A program made the translations under genes and the position numbers. Under the pieces are notes generated by a model. The model was not told the origin of the DNA and searched no databases. It saw nothing but the letters and a program-made list of their open reading frames with translations. Below, piece after piece: positions 31,068 to 41,018 of a stretch of DNA of 64,000 nt (position 1 is the stretch's first letter; every line of letters starts with the position of its first letter). The DNA is from an uncultured Planctomycetaceae bacterium (GTDB lineage: Bacteria; Planctomycetota; Planctomycetia; Isosphaerales; Isosphaeraceae). The stretch is from assembly GCA_963833985.1 (NCBI GenBank), contig CAWIAD010000001.1, forward strand, positions 3,200,001-3,264,000, in the 5' to 3' direction.

Positions 31068-31073
31068 ATTATA
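31068..31073 (-). promoter_or_regulatory. Sigma70-type -10 box (TATAAT) in the AT-rich region upstream of the DUF937 gene
   Basis: Perfect TATAAT on the minus strand within a conspicuously AT-rich stretch (about 31060-31140); -35 is weak. Confidence 0.5.
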
Positions 31074-31251
31074 AACGTTAATACACAATCGGAAAGCCAC
31101 TAACAAAGACAAATCTTGTAAAGATATCATGAAAATAAATCGGAGGCCGCCGTGAAATGAACCAGACCCTGCGCGTGGGCGACCGGCGCGGCAGGCCAGT
31201 ACGGAACTGGCCCGCGGAACGTGGGGGACTGAAGTGCCGCCCCGAGACCGA

Positions 31252-34149
31252 TCATTCTTCTGGCCGCGGCCCGGATGCTCCGCCTGCTCTGGTAGAATCG
31301 AGATCCTTGCGCAGGGCCTTGGCCTCGGGATGTTCCGGATCGGCCTTGAGGATGCCGTCGAGTGTGGCCTCCGCGGCCTTCCGCTGGCCGGCGCCGAGCT
31401 GCGCCCGGGCGAGCTTGACCTTGATGTCGTTGGCTCGACTGACCTTGAGCTCCAGGGCGGTCTGGTATTCCTCGATGGCCGGAGCGAACTTGCCGCGGGC
31501 CGACTGCGCATCGGCCAGAAGGACGTGGCAAACGGGGTCGTAGACATCGATGTGCAGGCACTCCTCGCCCCAGCGCTCGGCCTCCGGATTGTTCTTGCGG
31601 GCCAGGTTTCGCTCGGCCAGCGCCTTGCGCACCGCGATGTCGTCGGCGTCGTTGGCGGCAATCATCGCCAGATCGCCCAGGAAGCCTTCGGTGTTTTTCT
31701 GCCGCAGGTGGACGCGCGCCAGCCCGGCAATCCACTTGGTGTGGTACGGGTCGTCCTTGCGCCAGCTCGTAGAGTTTTGCGGCTTCGTCAAGCTGACCCG
31801 CCTTCATCTTCAGCTCTGCGAGCAGATCGACGACCCGTTCATCGGGCCGCTTGGAGTCCAGCGCCGGCTCGAGCAGCTCCAGCGCGGCGGTATCGTCACC
31901 GATAGTCGTCAGCAGACGGGCTTTCACGTAGCTGGCCAGGGGATGGTGCGGCTTCAGCTCCAGCGCCTTGTCAGCGAACGGCCTGGCCTCCTTGTAATCG
32001 CGGCGAGCGAAATGCTCATAGGCCATGCGGGCGTTCAGGTCGGGATCCTCGGGCTTCTCCTTGACCTGCCGCTCGAGCACGGAGAACTTGACCGGTTTCT
32101 CCTCGTTCACCCGGGTGCGGATCGTCTTCACGACGCTGTCGAGGTAGACCAGGTATTCTTTCTCGAAGTCGGACTTGGCAACGCCGAAGCATTCCTTGAT
32201 GGCCCGGTCGGTGGTGAGGCCGCGGCGATAGGCCATGAGCATCTTGATGAGCGCATCATCGCCGAACCGCTGGAGCATATAACGCGCGTAGAGCTGGGCC
32301 TGGCAGTACGCCAGCTGGCGGTCTTCGGGCTCGTTGGGGCGGATGAACCCGAGGTTGATCGTGTCCAGGTTGAGCAGCTTGGATCGGCCGGGAACGCGCT
32401 CCAGGAGCATCTTGTTCCACTCCTGGGGCCGCGGGTAGCCCTCGCTCTCGACGGCCAGGGCCTCGGTATACCAGTGGGGGATATTGAATTCCGTCTGTTG
32501 CAAGGTGATGACGTGAACCACCTCGTGCTTGAGCACCCGGGCCCAGTTGAACGCCTGACGGGTGGCGCGCGGACTGGCCAGCGCAACGACCTTGCCTGTG
32601 CAGGCGCCGACGGTGGGAATGAACGGCAGGCCGATCGTCCGGCCGCTGAACCACTGGTGATTCTTCATAATCTCGATCTTGGTCTTGCCTGGCGGCGCGT
32701 AGCCGAAGCGCCCGGTGAGCTCCTGGTAGACCGATTCGAGGTACCGCCCCATGTACTTGCCCAGCAGGCTATCCTGCGTCGGATCGACCAGCACGCTGTA
32801 ATGCGGCGTGTCGACCGGGATGTACGATTCCATGTGCTTGAGCACTTTCATCATGTTGTCGGCGCGGACGTTGAACGGGTCGGCGGCGAAGGCTTCATCG
32901 AACAGGCTCCGCGCCTCGGTCTCGCGACCAATCTGCATGTAGAGCATGCCGAGGCCGATGGGGGCGTCGGCGCGGGTCGGGTCGGCCTGGGCGGCTTGCA
33001 GAAAGGCACGTTCGGCTGCGTGGTACTTGCGGCGGTCTGCCAGCCGTTCGCCGAGGGCGGCGTAGAACGCAGCCGGCCGGCGCGTCTGGGCCAGCACCTG
33101 GAGTTCGGCGGCGCCGCGCCCACGGGGTCCACCAGCAGCCGACACGAGGCCGCCAGCCGACCCAGGGTGTCCTCGTCGCGCGGGTTCTCTGCCACCGCCT
33201 TCTCGGCCGCCTTGCGGGCGTCGGTGAATCGCTCGTCGGAGATGTTGAGATCGCACAGCAGCACTTGCGCAGGGCCGTAGTGCGGATTGACCGCCAGCGC
33301 CCGCTCGGCCTTCGCCCGGCCGGCGGCCAGCCGGTAACCTTGCAGGTCCGCCTGGCCGAGCGTCACCAGAATCTCTGAAGCCAGCGGGTTGATCTGCTGC
33401 GCCCGCGCCAGCTCCTTCATGGCGGACCGCTCGTTGTAGCCGGCGAGGAAGAGCTTCCCTTCCAGCCATGGCGCCTGCCAGCAATTCGGATCGGCGCGGA
33501 GGGCGGCCTCGTAGATCTCGTTGATCACGTCGTTGAGCGAATCGGCCAGCTCTTCCCCGCGCGCCGTGGCGCGGTAATAGCGCTCGGCGGCCTGGCCGAC
33601 CAGCAGCAGGTTCTGCGCGTTGTTCGCCAGGTCCGGCGGCCGGCTGTTGTAGTGATCCACGAACCACTTGCACCCCTTCACCGCGTCCTCCAGCCGGCCG
33701 CGGGCCTCGAGCAGCCGGACGGCGATCCAGCGCCCACGCAGATGGTCCGGGCTGACGTCGAGGCATCGCTTCACCTCGGCGTCGGCTGCCACCCAGTCAC
33801 CTCTCTGGAAGCCGAGCTCGGCCAGCCGCGCCGCAACGTCCGCATTCTTCGGCTGCCGCGCGGCCAGCGCCTTGAGGCCCTCGATGGCCTTGTCAGCTTC
33901 GCCCTGGCTGGCCTGGCACTCGGCCTTGCCCAGCGCAATGGCCGCTTCGAGCTGGGGTGTCAGGCCATCCTTCTGCTTCTTCGCCTCGCTCTCGGCAGAC
34001 TGGTAGGCTTCCTGGGCCTCGGCATAGCGGCCGTTCTGCAACAGCCTCCGCGCCTGCTCCATGAGCTTGGCTTCCCCCGCCGGTTTCCCGGCCGGAGCCG
34101 CCGCCTGGGCCAGCACCGCCAGCACGGTCATCGCGATTGTGTATGTCAT
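31252..34149 (-). CDS. TPR-repeat protein with peptidase MA (gluzincin) domain; two frameshifts (about 33113 and 31760)
   Basis: Signal peptide and TPRs (ORF 32851-34149); HEVVH...WYTEALAV (ORF 31127-33766); C-terminal TPRs (ORF 31252-31791); the pieces join across frames. Confidence 0.85.
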
Positions 34150-34463
34150 CCTGTCTCCTCCGGAGTTTGCTCAAACTCAACGTTACCAAAGCCCGGCGTG
34201 GAATGGCACCTCGCGCGGTGAAACGGCAGCCATTCCGTCGGCATGCGCCGTTACGCAAGTGGAGCTCCCGTTCTGGCCGCCACACAGAGTTTACGACGGA
34301 ATGGTCCCGGTCTCGCCATTCCTTCTCCAGCGACCTGGTCGATTGAGCCGGAATCCCACTCACGCCGACAGTCGTTGCGACCCATCCCGACCACGCCGTG
34401 GCGACACGGTGCTTCCCTCATTCGATCACGAGTCTTCACTGTGTCTCAACCGTGCGACCCCTG

Positions 34464-34652
34464 CGCAACCTGCGATTCGGACTGCTGGCTCTTCAGAATG
34501 GGTTGATCAGCCCGGGCCAGCGACTCACAGCCTTCCGGTCCTGGACACTCGAGAAGACCAGGACACTGGCCGACCTCCTTGAAGCGAGCGGCAACCTGGA
34601 CGCGGACGACCGCGGGGCCATCGAGGCCCTGGAGGCCCGGGATATAAAGCGG
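34464..34652 (+). pseudogene. N-terminal remnant of a planctomycete Ser/Thr kinase
   Basis: RNLRFGLLALQNGLISPGQRLTAFRSWTLEKTRTLADLL...LDADDRGAIEALEAR aligns with the kinase N-terminus at about 52375 (RSLLFGLLALQNGII...AFQAWTLAKDRPMAEIL...LDADDHALLESLVAR); no kinase domain follows. Confidence 0.8.
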
Positions 34653-34742
34653 AGTAGCTTTGCCGCGCAAGCAGCTTCGAGGCCACCAAGGCCAGATTCT
34701 TCTGGCGCAGACCGAGGCAGCGGCAGTTCGTACAATGATGTG

Positions 34743-35180
34743 ATGGCACGAAGACCATCTTTCTGCCACGGGATCAAGCGGGTCAAGATCTGCGCATGGC
34801 CCGCTGATGCCGTTGCGCCCGAGGAGCTTGCGAAGCAGGTCACCTATACAGGGAGCCCGAGGCACAAGACATACCCGTCACCAGCCGGGCCGCCGGCAAA
34901 GAGAGCTGACGCGGCCAAGTGCGACAAATACGCGACCCCCGACTGGCCCAAGCTCGGCTGCGCCCTTCGGAAGGCGATTCGGGCAGGGTGCGTGAGTGAG
35001 TTCCGGGGCAGGTTTCCATTCCGCGCATGGGTCTGGATTAATGGTGTTCTGCACGAGGCCCGGCTCACGAATGAAGTAACAGGCGACTATCACGGCTTTC
35101 CGCTCAATGACCCGAGTCAATACCCTGAACCACTTGAGCAAGTGGAGGCCGCACCGCGTGTCGAAATTCCTGTCGCTTAA
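34743..35180 (+). CDS. Small basic hypothetical protein, putative toxin (RNase-like)
   Basis: 145 aa; YTGSPRHKTYP...KC...FPFRAWVWINGVLHEARLTNEVTGDYHGFPL; TACAAT 6 nt upstream of the ATG; overlaps the next gene. Confidence 0.7.
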   Translation: MARRPSFCHGIKRVKICAWPADAVAPEELAKQVTYTGSPRHKTYPSPAGPPAKRADAAKCDKYATPDWPKLGCALRKAIRAGCVSEFRGRFPFRAWVWINGVLHEARLTNEVTGDYHGFPLNDPSQYPEPLEQVEAAPRVEIPVA

Positions 35181-36486
35181 GTCCGATCCCATCAGCCAAC
35201 CTGCCGCCGAGGATCCGCTCGAAAGGCAGAGCTGGTGCTCTCTGCGCATCCAGGTGGGGTCGCGCTTCGCATCCCGCCTCTGGGACAATACGCTTGAGGA
35301 CGAAAGGGACTTCCTGGATGTACCTGCATTCTCAATCGCCGAGTGGCTGGTCAAGAACTGGTGGTCCCTCTTTCACGAACTCTGCCCTGCGAACACAGTT
35401 CCAAAGCACCAGGTTCTTGGATCTTCGTGGCTGAGCTGGATAAGGCGCCATTGCCTTCGCTCCGCTGACTCGTCATTGTTTCTGCCCAAGCTGTATATCT
35501 ATACCGATGGCTACGACGTTCTCGCGGAATCCCATTCCGATCGGCCGGGATCGCTGCCGAACATGCCCGGTGAGTTTCTCAATGATGGAATTGTGGTGCT
35601 TGATGCCTGTGCTACCGAGGCAGCGCTGGCCAATTTTATCAATCAGATTCTTAATCGCGTTGAAGGAGTTGACAGCGAGCGGGTCACACGGGCGGCCGAA
35701 CAATGGCAAGCGATTCAGAATGCTGACGCAGCCGAGGCGGAGTTCTGTAAGCTGGCGGGACGGATGGGGCTGGATCCATACGACCCCCATGAGGTGTCCG
35801 ATCATCTCGCTGGCTTCTTCGAAGTGCTCGGAGACCCAGACCAGCCCCTGGTTCGCGATTTAACCGAGGCGACAAAGCCGGAATCGGTCGAGGCGCAGTG
35901 GAAATGGGTAACAGATGCCATCCACGAGCTTCATCTAGGCCCTCGATCGATCGAACTACCGTTCGACCTCCCTGTCGGTAACCGATCTCCTGCGGAATAT
36001 GGATACCAGCTTGCTCGGCGGGTTCGGGCTTCCGCTGAGGTTTCAGATAACCCGATCAAATCCGTTGAAAAAACAGCAAGCGCAGTAATAGGAAAAGCCT
36101 TCGAGGTGGTTGGCAGAAATCATATTCCTGGCCAAGAGATCAAAGCGATCGTTGGGCAAGCCGATTCCCGCAGGTTCGTCGTCGCTGGTCCGCAGAATCC
36201 GGTGTTCTACAATCAACGATTCATGACCGCTAGAGGCCTGTTTCATGCCCTCGCGACAAGCCAGCGAAGCGAAAGACTCGTGACCGGGGCCTACTCGTTG
36301 GATCAAAAGGCCTCTCGAGCCTTTGCCGCCGAATTTCTCGCCCCTCAGCAGGCGATCCTCAACAGGTTGACGAGAAGCATAGCGGATCCTGAAGCGGTTG
36401 ACAGCCTCAGCAGAGAATTCCAGGCCAGCTCTTATGTGATCCAATGGCAACTGGAAAACGCCGGCGTTACGCTCTCGTCCGATTAG
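35158..36486 (+). CDS. ImmA/IrrE-like protein with degenerate metalloprotease motif
   Basis: GGAGG RBS and GTG start at 35158; QRFMTARGLFH (in place of RFTxAHELGH) and QKASRAFAAEFLAP; C-terminal HTH-like LSREFQASSYVIQWQLEN. Confidence 0.8.
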   Translation: MSKFLSLKSDPISQPAAEDPLERQSWCSLRIQVGSRFASRLWDNTLEDERDFLDVPAFSIAEWLVKNWWSLFHELCPANTVPKHQVLGSSWLSWIRRHCLRSADSSLFLPKLYIYTDGYDVLAESHSDRPGSLPNMPGEFLNDGIVVLDACATEAALANFINQILNRVEGVDSERVTRAAEQWQAIQNADAAEAEFCKLAGRMGLDPYDPHEVSDHLAGFFEVLGDPDQPLVRDLTEATKPESVEAQWKWVTDAIHELHLGPRSIELPFDLPVGNRSPAEYGYQLARRVRASAEVSDNPIKSVEKTASAVIGKAFEVVGRNHIPGQEIKAIVGQADSRRFVVAGPQNPVFYNQRFMTARGLFHALATSQRSERLVTGAYSLDQKASRAFAAEFLAPQQAILNRLTRSIADPEAVDSLSREFQASSYVIQWQLENAGVTLSSD

Positions 36487-36685
36487 ATGCTCTGCGGCTG
36501 CTGGCCTTCACAGCATCTTCCCACTCCCATGAGCACCGAAGCAGTTCGTACTCGAACCCCCGGAATCGCAAGCACGGATGCAATGTGGAGCCCGGAATTC
36601 TGGTTCTTGCAAGAGGTGGCAGAAACGAGCGGAGAAGGAGTGAGTGGCTCCGCCGTTGCGTTTGATCATCCCGTTCACCCTGCGA

Positions 36686-37771
36686 TCATTCGGAGTGACG
36701 CCCCGGAGCCCCGTGCCGGACCTCGCGCAGCAGGTACGTTGTCTTGGCCTGAGACTCGTAGTACGTCCGCATGATCAGCTCGGACTGGATGCCCAGCAGG
36801 ATGCTCATCCCGCCGGCCAGGAAGAACATGACGGCCAGCGCGGGGAGCGGGGTCTCGACAAACGTCTTGTGGGGCAGATCGGCCGGCCACCAGAGATGAG
36901 GCCAGGGGAAGACCCACTTGAAGTAGATCATGGCGCAGAAGCAAAAGAGGGCCATGGCAACCGACCAGAGACCGATCCGGCCGAAAAAGTGGATGGGCCT
37001 CTGCGAGTACCTCTGGAGAAAGCGAATGAGAATGAGGTCGAGCACCACGTTGAACGTGCGACCCAGGCCATACTTCGTCTTGCCGGCCGTTCTGGGCCGG
37101 TGGTTCACCACCAGCTCGGTCACCCGAGCACCTTGCCAGGCGGCGAAGATGGGGATGAAGCGGTGCATCTCGCCGTAGAGCCGCACGCCGGCCAGTACCC
37201 GGCGGCGGTAGGCTTTCAGCGTGCAGCCGAAATCATGCAGCGCGACGCCCGAGATGCGGGAGACCAGGCGGTTGGCGATGCGCGAGGGAATCTTCCGGGA
37301 AAGCAGAGCGTCGTGGCGGTTGCGGCGCCAGCCCGAGACCACGTCGAAGCCCTCTTCCAGCTTCTCGAGCAGGCGGGGAATGTCGGCCGGGTCGTTCTGC
37401 CGGTCGCCGTCCATGGGCACGAGGATCGCGCCGCGCGCCTGGTCGAGCGCGGCCGACAGCGCGGCCGTCTGGCCGCAGTTCCTCCACAGGAAGATGACGT
37501 TCACGTGCTCGGGATCGTGCGCCAGGACCTTGTTCAGCTCCTCGGCGGTGCCGTCGGTTGAGCCGTCGTCGACGAAGATCAGCTCGTAGCGCAAGCTCAT
37601 GCGGCCGAGCACGGCATCCAGCTCCGCATGCAGCGATCCAACGTTGTCGACCTCGTTGAACACCGGGATGAGCACCGAGAGGTCGAGCATGGCGGACGGA
37701 TCGCCTTCCGGCGGCGGGCCACCGGCCCGTGTGTGTTGATCCTCATAGGCCGCAGGCACGGAGATGCTCAT
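36686..37771 (-). CDS. Glycosyltransferase family 2 (ArnC/polyprenol-phosphate type)
   Basis: LIPVFNE, VDDGSTDGT, MDGDRQNDPADIP, HDFGCTLKAYR and two C-terminal TM helices. Confidence 0.93.
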   Translation of the reverse strand: MSISVPAAYEDQHTRAGGPPPEGDPSAMLDLSVLIPVFNEVDNVGSLHAELDAVLGRMSLRYELIFVDDGSTDGTAEELNKVLAHDPEHVNVIFLWRNCGQTAALSAALDQARGAILVPMDGDRQNDPADIPRLLEKLEEGFDVVSGWRRNRHDALLSRKIPSRIANRLVSRISGVALHDFGCTLKAYRRRVLAGVRLYGEMHRFIPIFAAWQGARVTELVVNHRPRTAGKTKYGLGRTFNVVLDLILIRFLQRYSQRPIHFFGRIGLWSVAMALFCFCAMIYFKWVFPWPHLWWPADLPHKTFVETPLPALAVMFFLAGGMSILLGIQSELIMRTYYESQAKTTYLLREVRHGAPGRHSE

Positions 37772-37811
37772 GCGTTGTGCTTCTTCCCGAGGCAGGGCGT
37801 GACAGGGCCGC

Positions 37812-38729
37812 TCATCCCTTCATGTATTGCAGCAGGTAACGCCGGCTGATGATCAGCGAGTCGAGTCGCGCTTCGATCGATCCTTCGAAGGCCCGGTCCT
37901 CGACCTCGATGGCGACGTGGCCCGTGTAACCCGTATCGCTCAGGGCTCCGAAGAACGCACCCCAGCGAACATCGCCCAGGCCGGGGATCTTGGGTGTGTG
38001 CCAGAGCTTGGGATAGGAGAGGACGCCGTGCTGATCGAGCGCGCTTCGGTCGATTCGAGCGTCCTTGGCATGGACGTGGAAGATCCTGTCGCGGAACTCT
38101 TCCAGGGGCGCAAGGTAGTCCATTTGTTGCCAGATCATGTGTGAGGGGTCGAAATTGAGGCCGAAATGGGGGCTCGGGACGTCCTTGAACATGCGCCGCC
38201 AGATGGCCGGGGTGGTGGCCAGGTTCTTGCCGCCGGGCCACTCGTCCTGGGTGAAGAGCATGGGGCAGTTCTCGATGCCGATGTTCACACCCTTGCTCTC
38301 GGCGTGGGCGACGAGCGGCCGCCAGGTTTCCAGGAACCTTGGCCAGTTGGCCTCCACCGAGAGGGCCGGATCACGGCCCACGAACGAGTTCACCTGGCCC
38401 ACGCCCAGGGCAGCAGCCGCGTCGATCACGCGGTGGAGATGGCTGCTGGCGAGCTCGGCCTCGGCCGTCTCAGCGGAGAGCGGGTTGGGATAATAACCCA
38501 GTCCGGAGATTGACACCTGGTGGATCGCCAGCAGGTCCTGAATCTTCTCGATCGCGTCCAGGGAATGGTTGGTGACGTCGATGTGGGTGACGCCCGCGTA
38601 GCGCCTGTCGGCTTTCCCCGGTGGCCAGCACATCAGCTCGACGCTTGAGAACCCCGTTTTGTGGGCGAAGCTCAAGACCTGCTCGAGGGTATATTCCGGC
38701 ACGATGGCCGAGACGAAGCCGAGTTTCAT
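37812..38729 (-). CDS. Sugar phosphate isomerase/epimerase (xylose isomerase-like TIM barrel)
   Basis: [22 protein letters not shown] and IEVED motifs. Confidence 0.9.
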   Translation of the reverse strand: MKLGFVSAIVPEYTLEQVLSFAHKTGFSSVELMCWPPGKADRRYAGVTHIDVTNHSLDAIEKIQDLLAIHQVSISGLGYYPNPLSAETAEAELASSHLHRVIDAAAALGVGQVNSFVGRDPALSVEANWPRFLETWRPLVAHAESKGVNIGIENCPMLFTQDEWPGGKNLATTPAIWRRMFKDVPSPHFGLNFDPSHMIWQQMDYLAPLEEFRDRIFHVHAKDARIDRSALDQHGVLSYPKLWHTPKIPGLGDVRWGAFFGALSDTGYTGHVAIEVEDRAFEGSIEARLDSLIISRRYLLQYMKG

Positions 38730-38787
38730 GGTCCACCGCCCCAACAGAAACAGAATGCCTGAGACCCTGATTCGTGGGTCCATCTCA

Positions 38788-39696
38788 TCAAAATCGAAGC
38801 ACACCGAATGCGACGCCGACCAGCAGCCCGACCACGTGCGCGGCGTTAGCGATTGGCCCGACCATGCCGGTCATGCACACGAACAACCAGAAAAGCATCA
38901 TGCTGATCGTGCTCTGCGGCAAGATCATTCCCTGCTCCGGCTCGTACTGCCCCTTCATCCAGAGGTAACCGAAGAAGGCATAGGCCACGCCGGAAAGACC
39001 GCCGAAGACGTGCAAGCCGTCGTTGCTGGCCTTATCCATGTACACATACTGTCCCAGGTTCGAGAGCACGGCGGAGACAAGCACCAGGACCGCAAGCCTG
39101 AGCGTCCCCCGCCGGGTTTCGATCATCGTCCCTTCCAGGCTGATCGCCCACGTATTGAACAGGATGTGGAAGATCCCGAAATGGAGGAAGATGGGAGTGA
39201 CGAGCCGCCAGACCTGGCCCGCCATGATGGGCTTCAAGCCGTCATCGACATAGCCAAGCTCCGCGTCGGGGTGGATCGTCGTGATCATGAGGGCATTTTC
39301 GACCTCGCCCTCGATACCCCGTTTCGTATGCATAAGTATGAAGACAAGCGCGGAGATCAGAACGAGTGCCATGGTGAGCGGCCGGCGCCGCAGCCGCAGG
39401 CCCGTCCACTGGTCGGTCACATCCCGGAAGTTCTTACGAAATTCCCGCTCCTTGCGCGTCTCGGTACGGCGCACCTCATCGGCGGCGCGGGCCCCCTCCC
39501 GGAACCGCGGGTCATCGGGCTGGCGGATGAATGCGTCGAGCTCGGCGCGTGCCCCCGCGAGCTGGTCCTCATTGTATATCCAGACGAGCCAGCCGTCGGG
39601 CTGCTCATCGAAGCGGGCTTTCATCCCCTCAGCCAGCAGGTGATCAGACAGAATCTGGTGGTCGAGGTTTCTGGGCAGCGTGCCGATCTGGCGCAA
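38788..39696 (-). CDS. glpG: Rhomboid intramembrane serine protease (GlpG-like with N-terminal domain)
   Basis: [22 protein letters not shown] and ANAAHVVG motifs; TTG start after GAGGA. Confidence 0.88.
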   Translation of the reverse strand: MRQIGTLPRNLDHQILSDHLLAEGMKARFDEQPDGWLVWIYNEDQLAGARAELDAFIRQPDDPRFREGARAADEVRRTETRKEREFRKNFRDVTDQWTGLRLRRRPLTMALVLISALVFILMHTKRGIEGEVENALMITTIHPDAELGYVDDGLKPIMAGQVWRLVTPIFLHFGIFHILFNTWAISLEGTMIETRRGTLRLAVLVLVSAVLSNLGQYVYMDKASNDGLHVFGGLSGVAYAFFGYLWMKGQYEPEQGMILPQSTISMMLFWLFVCMTGMVGPIANAAHVVGLLVGVAFGVLRF

Positions 39697-40087
39697 CGGT
39701 CTTTCCTCGGTCGGTTGACAAACGTCGGCAAGGCGCCGCACTGGCCGGGCCGGCAAGCACATCGGCTCAAGGCGCAACCTCACTTAGATTAACACAGGAT
39801 GCACTCCGGTACACCCATTCTCCGGTACCATCCGCCGGCCGGGCCCGTCACAGGCATCGGCCGAGGAGGTAAAATACTGCGACAGATGTCGGAATTGTCC
39901 GGGCGGGTTGGTTGGACTCGGATCCCCATGTTACGATATCCGGAAACTCCGACCGGTGGCACTTCGACGCCGGCCTGTTTTCCATGCCGGCGGGTGGGCA
40001 AAGCGACAACCCAACGGAATTCGGCGCAAATGATGATTCGTCGGTCACGGGCCCTTTCTTGAGATGGTGACGGGGGGACGACGCGCC

Positions 40088-40923
40088 ATGCCCAGCTCCG
40101 CACCCCGCTATCGGCTGGTGATCTTTGATACGATCGAGGATCCCCAGGAGTTGCGGCCAATGATCTGCAACATCACGGGCATGCACCAGACCGATGTGGT
40201 GCAGTGGCTGGCCCTGCGCCGGGAACCTGGCCCCAGCCGCTCGACGAGCCGACGGTCCGCAAGCTGCTGGACGGGCTCTACGAGTTCAAGGTTGCCGCCG
40301 AGGCCTGGAGGGTTGACCAGTTTCCCGATCTGAGTCCGCCGCGCTCCGTGCACCGGGCCGCCTGCCTGGATCAGGGACTGCGGATCGAGGGCCTGCGCGG
40401 TGAGCCGACCCACTGGGTGCCCTGGGACCGCGTCGAGCTGGTGTGCGCCGGCAAGATCGTGGGCGACGACGACATCCGCGACGTGCATCAGCAGGGCTGG
40501 CCATCCGCGGTGGTGGCCGGCATCCGTGCTTTGACATTCCTGGGACCGCGGCGCAGGGTCCGCACCGCCCGTACCCCGCGCCCTTCTCGTGAGCCGGTGT
40601 GCGAGGTGCTCGTTGTCCGTCGCGACCCCCGCATCACCTTCCGCGTGGTCGAGACCCAGATGAACTACGCCTACCTGGGCGACCGGCTGACAAGTTCCGC
40701 CGCGGAGAACTTTCCCATCTTCCTCGCCGACCTGTGCGCCCGGGCCGACCGCGCATACCTCACGTCCTCCACCCGCGCCTTGCTGGAACGGATCGACCCG
40801 GAAAAATATGAGTTCGCGTCGTCCGCGGCCCTGCTCGACTTCGCCACCCACCGCCTGCTCTGGAGCTGGTATCGCCGCGACAGCGAGGCCCAGAACCGCC
40901 CGCACCCGACTGACGGCGGGTAG
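40088..40923 (+). CDS. Hypothetical protein; one frameshift at about 40213
   Basis: MPSSAPRYRLVIFDT...VVQWLA continues in another frame as APGTWPQPLDEPTVRKLL... Confidence 0.7.
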
Positions 40924-41018
40924 ACCTGAGCGAGGCGACCGCCCCCCGGGGCCGGGGCGAGGCGGACCGGCCATCAGGACACTGGCCCCGAGACACCCAC
41001 CAGCCGAGAGGATCTCCG

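Noticed and set aside
34398..35180. 260-aa ORF as a single kinase-toxin fusion protein
   Set aside because: The N-terminal part is a decayed kinase fragment with no clear RBS. A -10 box and ATG at 34743 better explain the downstream gene.
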